Source: Paraspadella gotoi (Eukaryota; Animalia; Chaetognatha). Taken from it: a stretch of 64,000 nucleotides of DNA. The position numbers were made by a program, and so were the translations under genes. Every line of letters starts with the position of its first letter. Within the stretch, counting starts at the first letter, position 1. Under the pieces are notes generated by a model, which made no database searches, had not been told where the DNA came from, and worked only from the letters and a program-made list of their open reading frames with translations. This document shows, piece after piece, positions 8,473 to 20,388 of this stretch. The stretch lies in assembly GCA_051294375.1 (NCBI GenBank), contig CM119267.1:1974793-2038792 (forward strand). The letters are read 5' to 3'.

Positions 8473-11349
8473 CTATGATGTTAGATGCGCATTCAAGATC
8501 GTATCGCCGAAAACGATCGGACGATTCGCCGTCGAAAAATCCGAAGAAGTTGAATCTCCAAAGTCGCCAATTTTCAGGGTTGGATTTTCAGTGGATCCGC
8601 AGAGAAAGACCGCGTCTTGGGACAATCCCCGATGGAAGATGGGCGGCGACGAGGAATGCAAATGAGCCAACGCGCTAAGAAGCCGACGGCAGAGAAGATC
8701 TTGATTGACGTTAAGCTCCGAGTTGTTGGGTTCCAATCCTCGTTGCAAATCGATCAAAACTGGTTCGGTGAAGGTAAAGCCTCCGATGAAATGTTTACAG
8801 CTCAACTCCGTTGAATATCCGTGAAGGAGAAGAACGCAAGGATGAATGATCGATCGATGCGTTTGTGATTTCTTCACGAAATCCTTTCTCTTTCGCCATG
8901 AGCCGAGAGGGACCGTTTTGTATTTGGGATACTTCATCTTTAATCTTATTACATTCAATGAATGTATAATTTTTGCACAAATCAAAACGCAGAGAAGAAA
9001 GAGAACTGCTCCCGGAATGTAACATTCTACCAACATGCAATCTTGAAAAGCGTTATTGAGTTGATAATCTCCAGCGCATTCAAAGCCTTGCATGGATTGA
9101 TATCGAATCGCGTGCATGAAAAGATAAACTTGGGAGCATTCGGAGCAATCCCAATTATTTCCCGTTGCAATGATCTTAGTGTCAATCAATCTTTTCACCT
9201 CTTGTGGAAATTTTCTCAATTCGTTGTAAGACGCGTCTATTGTTTCTATGGAGGTTATATTCAATACGGAAGCTTTTGAAGTGAAGCTCTGAATATTATT
9301 CCGACTAAGATTCAAAACCTTGACATTGTCGAATCCGTAAATCTGAACGCAACTGAATTTCTCGATCTCATTGTTGCTAAGATCGATGGACAAGAAAGGT
9401 TTGACGTTCCGCCTTCGCGAGGACAAGGAAAATATTTTAATTTTATTGTCGAACGCTTCGATGTGTTGGAAAGTATCGGGGACATTTTGATTCAAGTCCA
9501 AATACAACGTGAACAATTTGTTTCCATTAATCTTGATGTGCGCGATCCTGCTATCCGTGAAAGCATTGGCAGTAATGAATTCGATGTTGTTGTTCGAAAG
9601 ATCCAACAGTTTTGCTGTGATCCAAGAAAACTGACGAAAGTTTATCCTTTTAATTTGATTTCGCGAAAGATCAAAAATGGCGTCGTCGCCCACGTTGCTT
9701 AAAACTAAAGCGCCGGAAGAATCTTCCCAGTTATTCCAACGCGCTTGAAACTGAGATACGGTGATTCCTACTTTATGATCACGTAAATGCTGCGAACAGC
9801 CCAAAATGATTAAGCTGTTCAAATTTCGATTCGTTTTGAAATAATCGTCCAGAACTAGAGCCCCCTCTTCGATAACCATATCGACGTTATGACAGTAGAG
9901 ACTTTTTTCTTCGTTGCTTTTACCTACAAAGTGTTTGGAGCAACAACCAAATCTAATATCCACCAAGTAACTGTTCTTGAAAGAATTTTTGTCAATTAGA
10001 CTCAGCGGGTTGTGAAGAATAGAAAAGTGGAGAAGATTTGTGAGATTTTTCATGAGCGCCACATCGACGCTCGTGAAACTGTTGTTATCCAAGTTCAAAT
10101 AGTTAATTGAATTCATCGTGGGTAAGCTTAACGTTTTTAACTTGTTACCTTCCAAAATCAAATCTTGGAGGTTTAAGGAACCTTCAAAGAGTCGTTCGTC
10201 CAAATGACTCAGAAGATTAAAACTTAAGTTGACCACTTTTACGTTCTCAAGGACTGAGAAAGAGTTGTAATGGATGTCTTGTATTAGATTTTGGCTTAAA
10301 TCTATATATTTTAAATTTTGCAGCGATTCAAAGCAAGTTTCATTCAATTCTTTTATTTTATTTGAGTTTAACCTCAACCATCCTAATATTCTATTAGAAT
10401 TAAATGCCCCATTTTCTATTTGCGTTATTTCCAAGTCTTTCAACGTTAGAAATTCCAATCCGGTCAAGTTCCTAAACAGTTTTTCATTAATAATATTTAA
10501 CTTTCCCGTAGTTATATTTATTATTTGAATATTTGTCATGTTTACAAAGAATGTGTCCATCACTTCTTTTACCCCTTGTATTCTAAGAGAATTTATTTTA
10601 TCATGGCGTCCAGGAATACTCGTCAAAGTTGTCCTTTTATGGAAAAATATGTCAATTTCAGTGAGCTGAGTAAAATTAGGAAAGAGAAACTTTGATTCTG
10701 CGGGGCTCAAGTCTAACTCTACCGAAAGCGTTTGCAACTTTGGAGCTGAAAAGAGAAATTGCGTAGAATTCAGTTGATTTCCCATCAAATACAATTCTGA
10801 TAATCGAGTTCCTTGGAGAGAATCGTGGTCGAAATGTTGAAGATGATTCGACTCTGCATGCAGATATTGCAGAGTGGGGAGGTCCTTGAAATGAGAACCG
10901 ATTTGGGTCAGGTTGTTACGATCCAAAGCGATGTATTCCAAGAGGGAGTGATTGAAGGCGTCGGAGCTGATGTAGTTGATGGAGTTGTTATAGAAGGAAA
11001 CTTGAGTGAGACAAGGAAAATCGATGAGAAAGTCATTTTCCAATCTTTCGATTCCCAAATTGTAAAAATTAATTTCGAATCGTGTAGAGTTGTTCGGCCT
11101 TTGGAAAAAGTCTTTCAGAAATCGAGTCGCTTTGTAATAAACTGTCGCGTTGGTCATAATGGATCGTGTCAGATTTGTGCAGCCCGGTTTGGGCGATTGA
11201 ATGTCAGTCCCGTGCCAGTACGTGTGAAACACAGTGAAATTCGGAGTGTTGAACGCATCTTCGTCGTACCAAGCGTGCAGGTCACAACCGTCACTGGCCG
11301 TCGATGTGATTAGAGGCAAAGAAATTTGGATAAGAAGAAGCAAGATCAT
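8473..11349 (-). CDS. LRR receptor-pseudokinase, 5' part (958 aa): signal peptide, multi-LRR ectodomain, LRRCT, TM helix, N-terminal part of a protein-kinase-like domain
   Basis: Hydrophobic N-terminus MILLLLIQISLPLITS; many LxxLxLxxNxI repeats (e.g. LQNLKYIDLSQNLI, LGWLRLNSNKI); LRRCT GNNWDCSEC...FECAG...QDC; TM YIPGAVLFLLCVLICAKII (~8965-9022); kinase subdomains VIa-VII LLSALAHLHSSSPPIFHRGLSQDAVFL...LKIGDFG. Single uninterrupted ORF. Confidence 0.9.
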   Translation of the reverse strand: MILLLLIQISLPLITSTASDGCDLHAWYDEDAFNTPNFTVFHTYWHGTDIQSPKPGCTNLTRSIMTNATVYYKATRFLKDFFQRPNNSTRFEINFYNLGIERLENDFLIDFPCLTQVSFYNNSINYISSDAFNHSLLEYIALDRNNLTQIGSHFKDLPTLQYLHAESNHLQHFDHDSLQGTRLSELYLMGNQLNSTQFLFSAPKLQTLSVELDLSPAESKFLFPNFTQLTEIDIFFHKRTTLTSIPGRHDKINSLRIQGVKEVMDTFFVNMTNIQIINITTGKLNIINEKLFRNLTGLEFLTLKDLEITQIENGAFNSNRILGWLRLNSNKIKELNETCFESLQNLKYIDLSQNLIQDIHYNSFSVLENVKVVNLSFNLLSHLDERLFEGSLNLQDLILEGNKLKTLSLPTMNSINYLNLDNNSFTSVDVALMKNLTNLLHFSILHNPLSLIDKNSFKNSYLVDIRFGCCSKHFVGKSNEEKSLYCHNVDMVIEEGALVLDDYFKTNRNLNSLIILGCSQHLRDHKVGITVSQFQARWNNWEDSSGALVLSNVGDDAIFDLSRNQIKRINFRQFSWITAKLLDLSNNNIEFITANAFTDSRIAHIKINGNKLFTLYLDLNQNVPDTFQHIEAFDNKIKIFSLSSRRRNVKPFLSIDLSNNEIEKFSCVQIYGFDNVKVLNLSRNNIQSFTSKASVLNITSIETIDASYNELRKFPQEVKRLIDTKIIATGNNWDCSECSQVYLFMHAIRYQSMQGFECAGDYQLNNAFQDCMLVECYIPGAVLFLLCVLICAKIIHSLNVIRLKMKYPKYKTVPLGSWRKRKDFVKKSQTHRSIIHPCVLLLHGYSTELSCKHFIGGFTFTEPVLIDLQRGLEPNNSELNVNQDLLCRRLLSALAHLHSSSPPIFHRGLSQDAVFLCGSTENPTLKIGDFGDSTSSDFSTANRPIVFGDTILNAHLTS

Positions 11350-12236
11350 TTTGAGATTTTTTTTTTTTTTTTAATTCAAGTTTTGTCGGATTTTTAGTCT
11401 GATTTCATTTCGGGTTGAAATTAACTGGCGAGAGACGAACATTGAGTTTTATTCGCTGGCATGACGCGTTAAATAATAAATATCAATTTTATCAAATCTC
11501 AATCTAAATTTTGTTTTTTTACAGTAATCTTGGACGAAAAGTTCTACAGAGAAAAGTCTTGATATTTTTCTCTAAAATGTTAAAGTTTTATCAGAGTGAT
11601 ATTTCGAAACAAATTGTTAAAGATATACAATTAGCAAAGAGGCTCTTTTTTTAAAAATAAAAAAAATATTTATAAGCGAATTTATGTCTAATTTAACTGA
11701 GAGCACTGTATGTAGCCGAAAGTAAAAAAAAGTTTTTTAAACATTTCTGCTGGTGAAATCTCTGTTCTTTTTCAGGCTTCGTCATCGGCTCGTGACTTCA
11801 ATAAATTATTTTAGTTACCAATTACCAATTACCGATTACCAATTACCAATTACCATTATCTTCTGACTTAACAGATCTTAATACAATTAACTAAAAACTT
11901 ATAGAGAGTTCGGGATTGATACTATATTTAAGTTTTATTAGTATTTTTTTCTCTGTCGTCCATTTCTCAGAAATGTCTATTGAATTTTAGATTGAAATTC
12001 CGAAAAGGGAATAGGGTCTTAGATCAAATTACTGGGGGAGGCGAGAGATCAATGGTTGTGGTTGAGTCGCTTTGCCGTGTTGTTTCGAAGCTAACCTGCT
12101 GGCGGAAGTTGAATGCTGTCATTGCAACGGCATTTACAGCATTAGCAGCATTAACAACAACAACAAAACCAAGCACGAGAAAGACTTTCTCTCTGTTTAT
12201 GTTTTTTGCGTTTTTTTTTGTCGAAGACAAAATGAG

Positions 12237-12277
<41 letters not shown>

Positions 12278-12360
12278 TTCACTTACCAAATGGAAACTTT
12301 TCACTCATTTAAGTCAAACAAAAACTTCACTTAACGGGAACCATTGCCGTTTTGAGCGAG

Positions 12361-12432
<72 letters not shown>

Positions 12433-12889
12433 AGAGAGAATCATGGAGATGAATTCCCGTTTCCTTCAATACTACTGATATAACCCTCGTTTGATACTCG
12501 ATCCGGAATATGATTTTTCTGTTTTTTCACTGGCCTTGAACATAAGAAATTCGTTGAAGGGTTTTGCCGACTCGAAAGAATTTCCCCCGGGTATTTATAT
12601 GATAATCGGTTGTCCTAGAGAGAGAGAGAGAAAAGAGAGAGAGAGAGAGAGAAGAGAGATAGAGAGGAGAGAGATGATAGAGAGCAGAGTAGGAATGTTA
12701 TATATTTATTTGCTAACGAGTGTACATATTAGTCTTCCGATTCAAATAGCTTAGTTGTTTCTCGTATTGTATTCTCTTCTAGATTTAAAATTAATTAATG
12801 CCAGTCCATGAAGAAACAGTAGATAAACATTTTACCGTTAGTAAATCGACAAAAAAAAACAACTTTTTCTTCACTTTAATTTTTTTTCT

Positions 12890-13160
12890 CCCATTCACAA
12901 TTCCCCACTCAGTGATAGTCCCCTTTTCACAATCCCCACTCGTGAATTCCCCATTCACAATCCCCTCAGTGATTCCCCTTTCACAATCCCCACTCAGTGA
13001 TTCCAATTCACAATCCCCACGTCAGTGATTCCCCATTCCCAATCGCACCATATCCCCTAATTTCATTCCGCAACCAATATTCCCATCACCAATTCCCCAC
13101 ATTCTATCCCATTCATCCCATACTCCCCACTTCAGTTGATTTCCCCTTCACAATCCCAAT
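12890..13160. repeat. ~27-bp tandem repeat (CCCATTCACAATCCCCACTCAGTGATT), degraded copy at the 3' end of annexin copy A
   Basis: Same unit as 17140-17450. Confidence 0.8.
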
Positions 13161-14442
13161 AGAAATCTCTCAATAATCCCGAGGTGTCGCTCGCGATGTC
13201 GACGGCCAAGACTGCTCGGCGAACAACTCGAAGTATTTGGCTTATGATGGCGTTTGAAGAACGACTTCCGCTCTGAGGACGAGGTTGTTGACGAGTCGAG
13301 CCTCGGGAGGTCCGAGCCGGCGACGCAGGATTGAGAAGGTTGGCGAGTAGGACCGCGCGAGGTCGTCGCGAATCTTCGGGGGGAAGGGGGGTAGGGGAAG
13401 GGGCGAAAAGGAGGGGAGGGGAAATGGGGGAAAGGGAGGAGGGGAAAGGGGGGGAAGGAAGGTGAGGGGGAGGGGAAGGGGGAGAGAAAGGGGTAGGGGG
13501 GGAAAGGGGAGGGGAGAAGGGAGAGGCGAAGGGGGGAAGAATGGGGAGGGAAGGAAGGGAGGGTAGCGACGTCAGGGTGAGAGGGAAGTGAGAGGGGAGG
13601 AAAGGAGAAGGGGGAAAACAGGGGAAGGGGAAGAAGGAGGGGAAGGGGGAAAAGGGGGAGGGAAGGGGGAGGGAAGGAAGAGGCGGGGAAGGGGATAGGG
13701 GAGAGAAAGGGGAAGGGGGAAACAGGGGGAGGGCGAAGGAAGGGAGGGGAAGGGGGAAAAGGGGAAGTAGGGAAGGAAGAGGAGGGGAGAGGGAATGGGG
13801 GGAGGGAGGAAGGGAGGGGAAGGGGGGGAGAAGAAGACCAGGGAAGGGGGGGAAAGCGGGGGAGGGGAAGGAGGAGGGAGGGGAAGGGGGAAAAAGGGGG
13901 GAGGGAAAAGGAGGGAAAGGGGAAGGGGCAGGGAAAAGGGGAGGGTGGAAAGGGAGGGGTAGGGGAGGAAAGGGAAGGAGGGAAAAGGGAGGGGAAGGGC
14001 TACAAGGGGCTAGGGAAGAGGAGAGGGGAAGGGGGAAAAGGGGAGGGAAGGAAGGAGGCGGAGAGGGGGAAAACCAGGGTGAGGCCAGGAAGGAAGGGAC
14101 AGGGGGAGGGGAAATGGAGGGGAAGGAAGGGAAGGGGAACAAGGGGAGGGGAAGGAAGGGAGGGAGAGGGGAAAAGGGGAGGAAGAAGGGGAAGGAAGGG
14201 GGAGAGAAAAAGGTTGGGAAGGTGGAGGGTGGAAGGGAGGGGAAGGGGGAAAAGGGGGAGGGATCCACGGTACACAATGAGCGACTTCTCTAACCTGCGA
14301 GATTCCAAGACGATTATTATTAATATTTATTAATAATCCACCTGGCCATCGCCAGTAAAGCTTGAGCGTGTGTTCCGACTGAATTCGCTCTTCAACGCAG
14401 GTTTCGATGTCGTCCCGTTTCTGGTCTGTTGTATGCCTGGGG

Positions 14443-14513
<71 letters not shown>

Positions 14514-16610
14514 AACCGACAGTAGAAAGATTCGCACATACATACGCACAACTGACGGACAAACATTAGACGAACGATTAGATGGACCAGAACTCTGGAC
14601 AAACAAGAGACAGACACAATCAAAACAATACTAGAAAATACAGAAAAAAACTCAGACAGAGGAACGCACTACATACCCATACCATACCATAACATAAACA
14701 TAACATAACATAACATAACCATAACATAACATAACGATACCTCAACGGAATGGACCTATAAAACGGACTTAGGTTCGCCTCGTGATGTGATTGCTTCGTC
14801 TGCCTTCACGAAATCATCAGGAATACCGACGAAATCACAGTCCTTACGTCAACCTTTAGATTGACACCACATGACGACAGAGAAACGACGGAGGGATTGA
14901 TGGTCAAAATTGGCTAGAGAACTCTTGGGGATTCGCCTTCAAACATGAAATCTTCAGCAACGAACACTTTTCAAATAATTATTGAACGATTTAATATTTG
15001 TTCATCACCTTTGTCGTAAACCTTTTGTCAACGTTACACTTTGTCATTCACCTTATTCTTTGTCCGTATTAATAAACTTGTTACCAAACACTTTGCTACT
15101 TATTATTTACCCTCGTTATTTGACTAAACGCCAACGATACGACAGCGGAGCACCAGAGAGACAAATCCGACAACAGGACAGATTCCAGACAGGACAGAAC
15201 AGTCCAGACAGACCGTTCTCACCTCCAACGTCGCCCAGCTGCGCCCACGGACTCGTTACAGAGACGGCTCTGAAGAAGGGCGTTGTCGGTTCCCGCTCTG
15301 CCCTCTCCCTTTCGTGAGCTGCTTCGCCTCTACGACCGCCCTTCCTCGTTCCACGCCAGCGTCGGTTCGGGCGCCCGGCCGCTAGGATCGCGCACAACGT
15401 CTTCGTCGTTGTTGGCCCGTTCGTGTCGATCGGATCTCGGACTCGAGTCTTTGCCGTGGATGGACTTGGTGGGGGGAGGGGTAGAGAGAGAAGAGAGAGA
15501 CGGAGGAGAGAGAGAGATGCGAGAAGAGAGAGAGAGGAGAGAGACCAGAGAGAGCAATGAGATTAAAAAAGATGGAATTAGTGCAATTCATTAAAATAAA
15601 AGTTCAGGTACTCTGGGAGTTACAAGATTTTCTTGATTAAAAGCTTTGCAAAGTCTTGCCTTGCGTTTTAATCTATGTAAGAGCTGATGGAGGCTTAACC
15701 ACCAAAACTGCCAAAGTCGGAGCAAGATATCCTAATTATCAAATTATTGCATGATTTGTACCAATTTCATTACAATATAAAAATGACGTTCCAGACTTAA
15801 CCTTGAACTTTTCCTTACCGCCTCATCCATCTGAGCTCATGAAACGCGCCAATGACGTCGCGAGTGCCTCGACTAGACTTCCGACTCACCGAGTCCGGAC
15901 AAAGCCGAGTGGAGGATGTCGGGGCGGCAGTTGGGACTTCGCATCCTAAAGAGTGAGTGAGGATGTTAAAGTCCGGAAATGTTAATTATAATCGACTGAC
16001 TTATTTTTTTTTTTGTTGTTTTTGAGTATTTAAAAATTCCCCATTCATCAACATGAAAGACTTTTGCTTACTGTAATTGACCAATTGATTAAGTCCAGTT
16101 CATTGATTGATTGATTTGATTGATTTATGCATGATTTATTTATTAAATAGTAAATCGATGATTCATTGAATAATTCATTTCATTCATTCATTCATTAATT
16201 CATTGATCAATCAATCGACAAAATGCTTCGAACTCTCATTGCCTGTTAAAGGCCAATCAAAAATATATTCAATAATAAATCTCTTAATCCAACCAATCTA
16301 TAAATCCAATCCATCATTCTTTTAAATCAATCAATCAATCAATCAATCCCTCACCTTCAACTAATCACGCGACGCCACGGCCCTTCTTGAATCCCCAGAC
16401 GTCTCTGGACTCACTTCTCATCAACTCCGTCCCGAAGCCGACTTGTAGGATCGACGGACCCCTCCTGGAAGCTGCGCGTTGGAGCGGCCGACAAAGACCT
16501 CGACGAGAAGCTGCTTTCGTCGGTGCCCGCTCCTTTCATGGCTTCGTGGAGCGAATCGGCGTCAGCAGGTGGAGGTCAAAGTTGGGTGAAGAGGAACGAT
16601 GGTCGCCATG
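13135..16610 (-). pseudogene. Annexin copy A: indel-riddled near-duplicate of 17426-20637 (probably an unpolished read or haplotig rather than a true pseudogene)
   Basis: Exons and introns are co-linear with copy B but carry scattered 1-2 nt indels. The purine-rich tract 13380-14260 fills the place where copy B has an N-gap. Confidence 0.75.
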
Positions 16611-17139
16611 CGGTGATTCGTCAGGCATGGAGCGATACGGTCGGTAGAGGAGCGAGGTTGGGATTGAAGCGGGACGGAGTGAGGAGTAGAGGTAGTAGAG
16701 GGCAGAGCGAAGTGAATTCTAGTTTAGTGGGCAAAGTCTGAAGATTGAGGCGATGGCTAAAGAGTTGGCCGCTATGATTGATTGTTTGATTTTATTATGA
16801 TTGGAACTTGAATGTTTGATTATTGACGTGACTTGATTTGCATTCTGATTGATGACTGATATGACTTGATCCTGATTGATTGAATGATCTGATCTCTCTC
16901 ATTNNNNNNNNNNNNNNNNNNNNNNNNNAGAGAGAGAGAGAGAGTCAGGATAGTTGATACATAATTTAGTTTGCTAACGAGTGTAATATTAGTCGATTCA
17001 AATAGCTTAAGCTTGTCGTATTTTATTCTCTTCTAGTTAAAAATTAATTAATGCAGTCAATGAAAAACAGTAGATAAACATTTTACCGTAGTAAATCGAC
17101 AAAAAAAAACAACTTTTTTTCACTTTTATTTTTTTTCTT

Positions 17140-17450
17140 CCCCATTCACAATCCCCACTCAGTGATTCCCCTTTCACAATCCCCACTCAGTGATTCCCCA
17201 TTCACAATCCCCACTCAGTGATTCCCNNNNNNNNNNNNNNNNNNNNNNNNNNNNNNNNNNNNNNNNNNNNNNNNNNNNNNNNNNNNNNNNNNNNNNNNNN
17301 NNNNNNNNNNNNNNNNNNNNNNNNNNNNNNNNNNNNNNNNNNNNNNNNNNNNNNNNNNNNNNNNNNNNNNNNNNNNNNNNNNNNNNNNAATCCCCACTCA
17401 ATGATTCCCCATTCACAATCCCCACTCAGTGATTCCCCTTCACAATCCCC
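17140..17450. repeat. ~27-bp tandem repeat overlapping the annexin stop codon, collapsed into an N-gap
   Basis: Units CCCATTCACAATCCCCACTCAGTGATT lie on both sides of the gap at 17227-17388. Confidence 0.85.
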
Positions 17451-18536
17451 AATAGAATCTTCTCAAAATCCCCGGAGGTGTCGCTCGCGATGTCGACGGC
17501 CAACTGCTCGGCGAACAACTCGAAGTATTTGGCTTTGATGCGTTGAAGATCGACTTCCGCTCTGAGGACGAGGTTGTTGACGAGTCGAGCCTCGGAGGTT
17601 CCGACGCCGGCGACGCAGGATTTGAGAAGGTTGGCGAAGTAGGCCGCCGAGTCNNNNNNNNNNNNNNNNNNNNNNNNNNNNNNNNNNNNNNNNNNNNNNN
17701 NNNNNNNNNNNNNNNNNNNNNNNNNNNNNNNNNNNNNNNNNNNNNNNNNNNNNNNNNNNNNNNNNNNNNNNNNNNNNNNNNNNNNNNNNNNNNNNNNNNN
17801 NNNNNNNNNNNNNNNNNNNNNNNNNNNNNNNNNNNNNNNNNNNNNNNNNNNNNNNNNNNNNNNNNNNNNNNNNNNNNNNNNNNNNNNNNNNNNNNNNNNN
17901 NNNNNNNNNNNNNNNNNNNNNNNNNNNNNNNNNNNNNNNNNNNNNNNNNNNNNNNNNNNNNNNNNNNNNNNNNNNNNNNNNNNNNNNNNNNNNNNNNNNN
18001 NNNNNNNNNNNNNNNNNNNNNNNNNNNNNNNNNNNNNNNNNNNNNNNNNNNNNNNNNNNNNNNNNNNNNNNNNNNNNNNNNNNNNNNNNNNNNNNNNNNN
18101 NNNNNNNNNNNNNNNNNNNNNNNNNNNNNNNNNNNNNNNNNNNNNNNNNNNNNNNNNNNNNNNNNNNNNNNNNNNNNNNNNNNNNNNNNNNNNNNNNNNN
18201 NNNNNNNNNNNNNNNNNNNNNNNNNNNNNNNNNNNNNNNNNNNNNNNNNNNNNNNNNNNNNNNNNNNNNNNNNNNNNNNNNNNNNNNNNNNNNNNNNNNN
18301 NNNNNNNNNNNNNNNNNNNNNNNNNNNNNNNNNNNNNNNNNNNNNNNNNNNNNNNNNNNNNNNNNNNNNNNNNNNNNNNNNNNNNNNNNNNNNNNNNNNN
18401 NNNNNNNNNNNNNNNNNTAATCCACCTGGCCATCGCCAAGTAAAGCTTGAGGGTGTTCCCGCTGAATTCGCTCTTCAACGCAGTTTCGATGTCGTGCCCG
18501 TCTTTCTGTCTGTTGTAGGCCTGGGGGTAGAGAGAG

Positions 18537-18593
<57 letters not shown>

Positions 18594-19569
18594 GAGAGAG
18601 AGAGAGAGAGGAACCGACAGGTAGAAAGATTCGCAAACATACATACACAACTGACGGACAAAACATTAGACCGACAGTTAGATGGACAGAACTCTGGACA
18701 AACAGAGAGACAGACACAATCAAACACATACTAGAAAAAGACAGAAAAAAACTCCAGACAAAGAGAACGACTAACATACCATACCATACCATAACATAAC
18801 ATAACATAACATAACATAACATAACATAACATAACATAACATACCATCAACGGAATGGACCTATAAACGGACTTGGTTCGCCTCGTGATGTGATTGCTCG
18901 TCTCCTTCACGAATCATCAGAATACCGACGAATCACAGTCCTTACTTCAACCTTAGATTGACCAATGACCGACAGAGGAACCGACGGAGGGATTGATGGT
19001 CAAAATTGCTAAGAGAACTCTTGGGATTCGCCTTCACATCGAAACTCAAGAACGAACACTTCTTCAAATAATTATTGAACCGATTAATATTGTCATCACC
19101 TTTGTCGTAACCTTTGTCAACGTTACCTTTGTCATCACCTTATTCATTGTCCGTCATTAATAAACTTGTTAACCAAACACTTTGCTACTTATTATTTACC
19201 CTCGTTATTTGACTAAACGCCAACGATTACAGACAGGCGGAGCACCAGAGAGACAATTCGACAGACAGACAGTCCAGACAGACAGACAGTCCAGACAGAC
19301 CGTTCTCACCTCCAACGTCGCCTTCAGCTGCGCCCACGACCTCGTACAGAAGACGGCTCTGAAGAAGGCGTTGTCGGTTCCCGCTCTGCCCTCTCCCTTC
19401 TCGTAGAGCTGCTTCGCCTCTACGACCGCCTTCTCCTCGTCCACGCCAGCGTCGGTCGGGCGCCCGGCCGCTAGGATCGCGCACAACGTCTTCTCGTTGT
19501 TGCCCGTCGTGTCCGATCGGATCTCGGACTCGAGGTCTTTGCCGTGGATGGACTTGAGTGGGGGGGAGG

Positions 19570-19623
<54 letters not shown>

Positions 19624-20356
19624 GAAATGAGATAAAAAAGATGAAATTAGTGATTCATTAAAATAAAAGTCAGGTACTCTGGGAGTTAACAAGATTTTCT
19701 TGATTAAAAGCTTGCAAAGTCTTGCTTGGTTTTAATCTTGTAAGAGTGATGGAGGCTTTAAACCACCAAAACCTGTCCAAAGTCAGGAGCAAGATATCCT
19801 AATTATCAAATTATTGCATGATTTGTACCAATTTCATACAATATAAAAATGACTTCCAGACTTACCTTGAACTTTTCCTTAACCGCCTCCACTTCCTCTG
19901 AGCTCATGACGGCCATGACGTCGACGAGCTGCTCGATGTCCGTCCCGAGTCCGGACAAAGCCGAGTGGAGGATGTCGGCGCGGAGTTGGACTCGATCCTA
20001 AAGAGTGGTGAGGATGTTAAAGTCCGGATGTAATTATAATCGACTGACTTATTTTTTTTTGTTAGTTTTTGAGTATAAAAATTCCCCCATTCATCAAATG
20101 AAAAGACTTTTGCTTGTAATTGATTGATTAATCCAGTTCATTGATTGATTGATTGATTGATTTATTGATGATTTATTTATTAAATAGTAGATCGATTGAT
20201 TCATTGAATAATTCATTCATTCATTCATTCATTAATTCATTGATCAATCAATCGAAAATGCTTCGAACTCTCAATTGCCTGTAAAGGCCAATCAAAAATT
20301 ATTCAATAAATAAATCTCTAAATCAACCAATCTCTAAATCAATCAATCATTCTTTA

Positions 20357-20388
<32 letters not shown>

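Noticed and set aside
8473-11349. Calling the LRR gene a Toll-like receptor, a Trk-type RTK or canonical IRE1
   Set aside because: It has no TIR domain, no Ig domains or HRDLAARN tyrosine-kinase motif, and no IRE1 luminal domain, so no gene symbol was assigned.
11980-12620. Short ORFs or exon-like blocks between the LRR gene and annexin
   Set aside because: No recognisable motif or consistent splice model.
13132-14277. 381-aa Pro/Phe/Ser-rich ORF
   Set aside because: It translates a noisy polypurine/polypyrimidine intron tract plus a frameshifted annexin exon.
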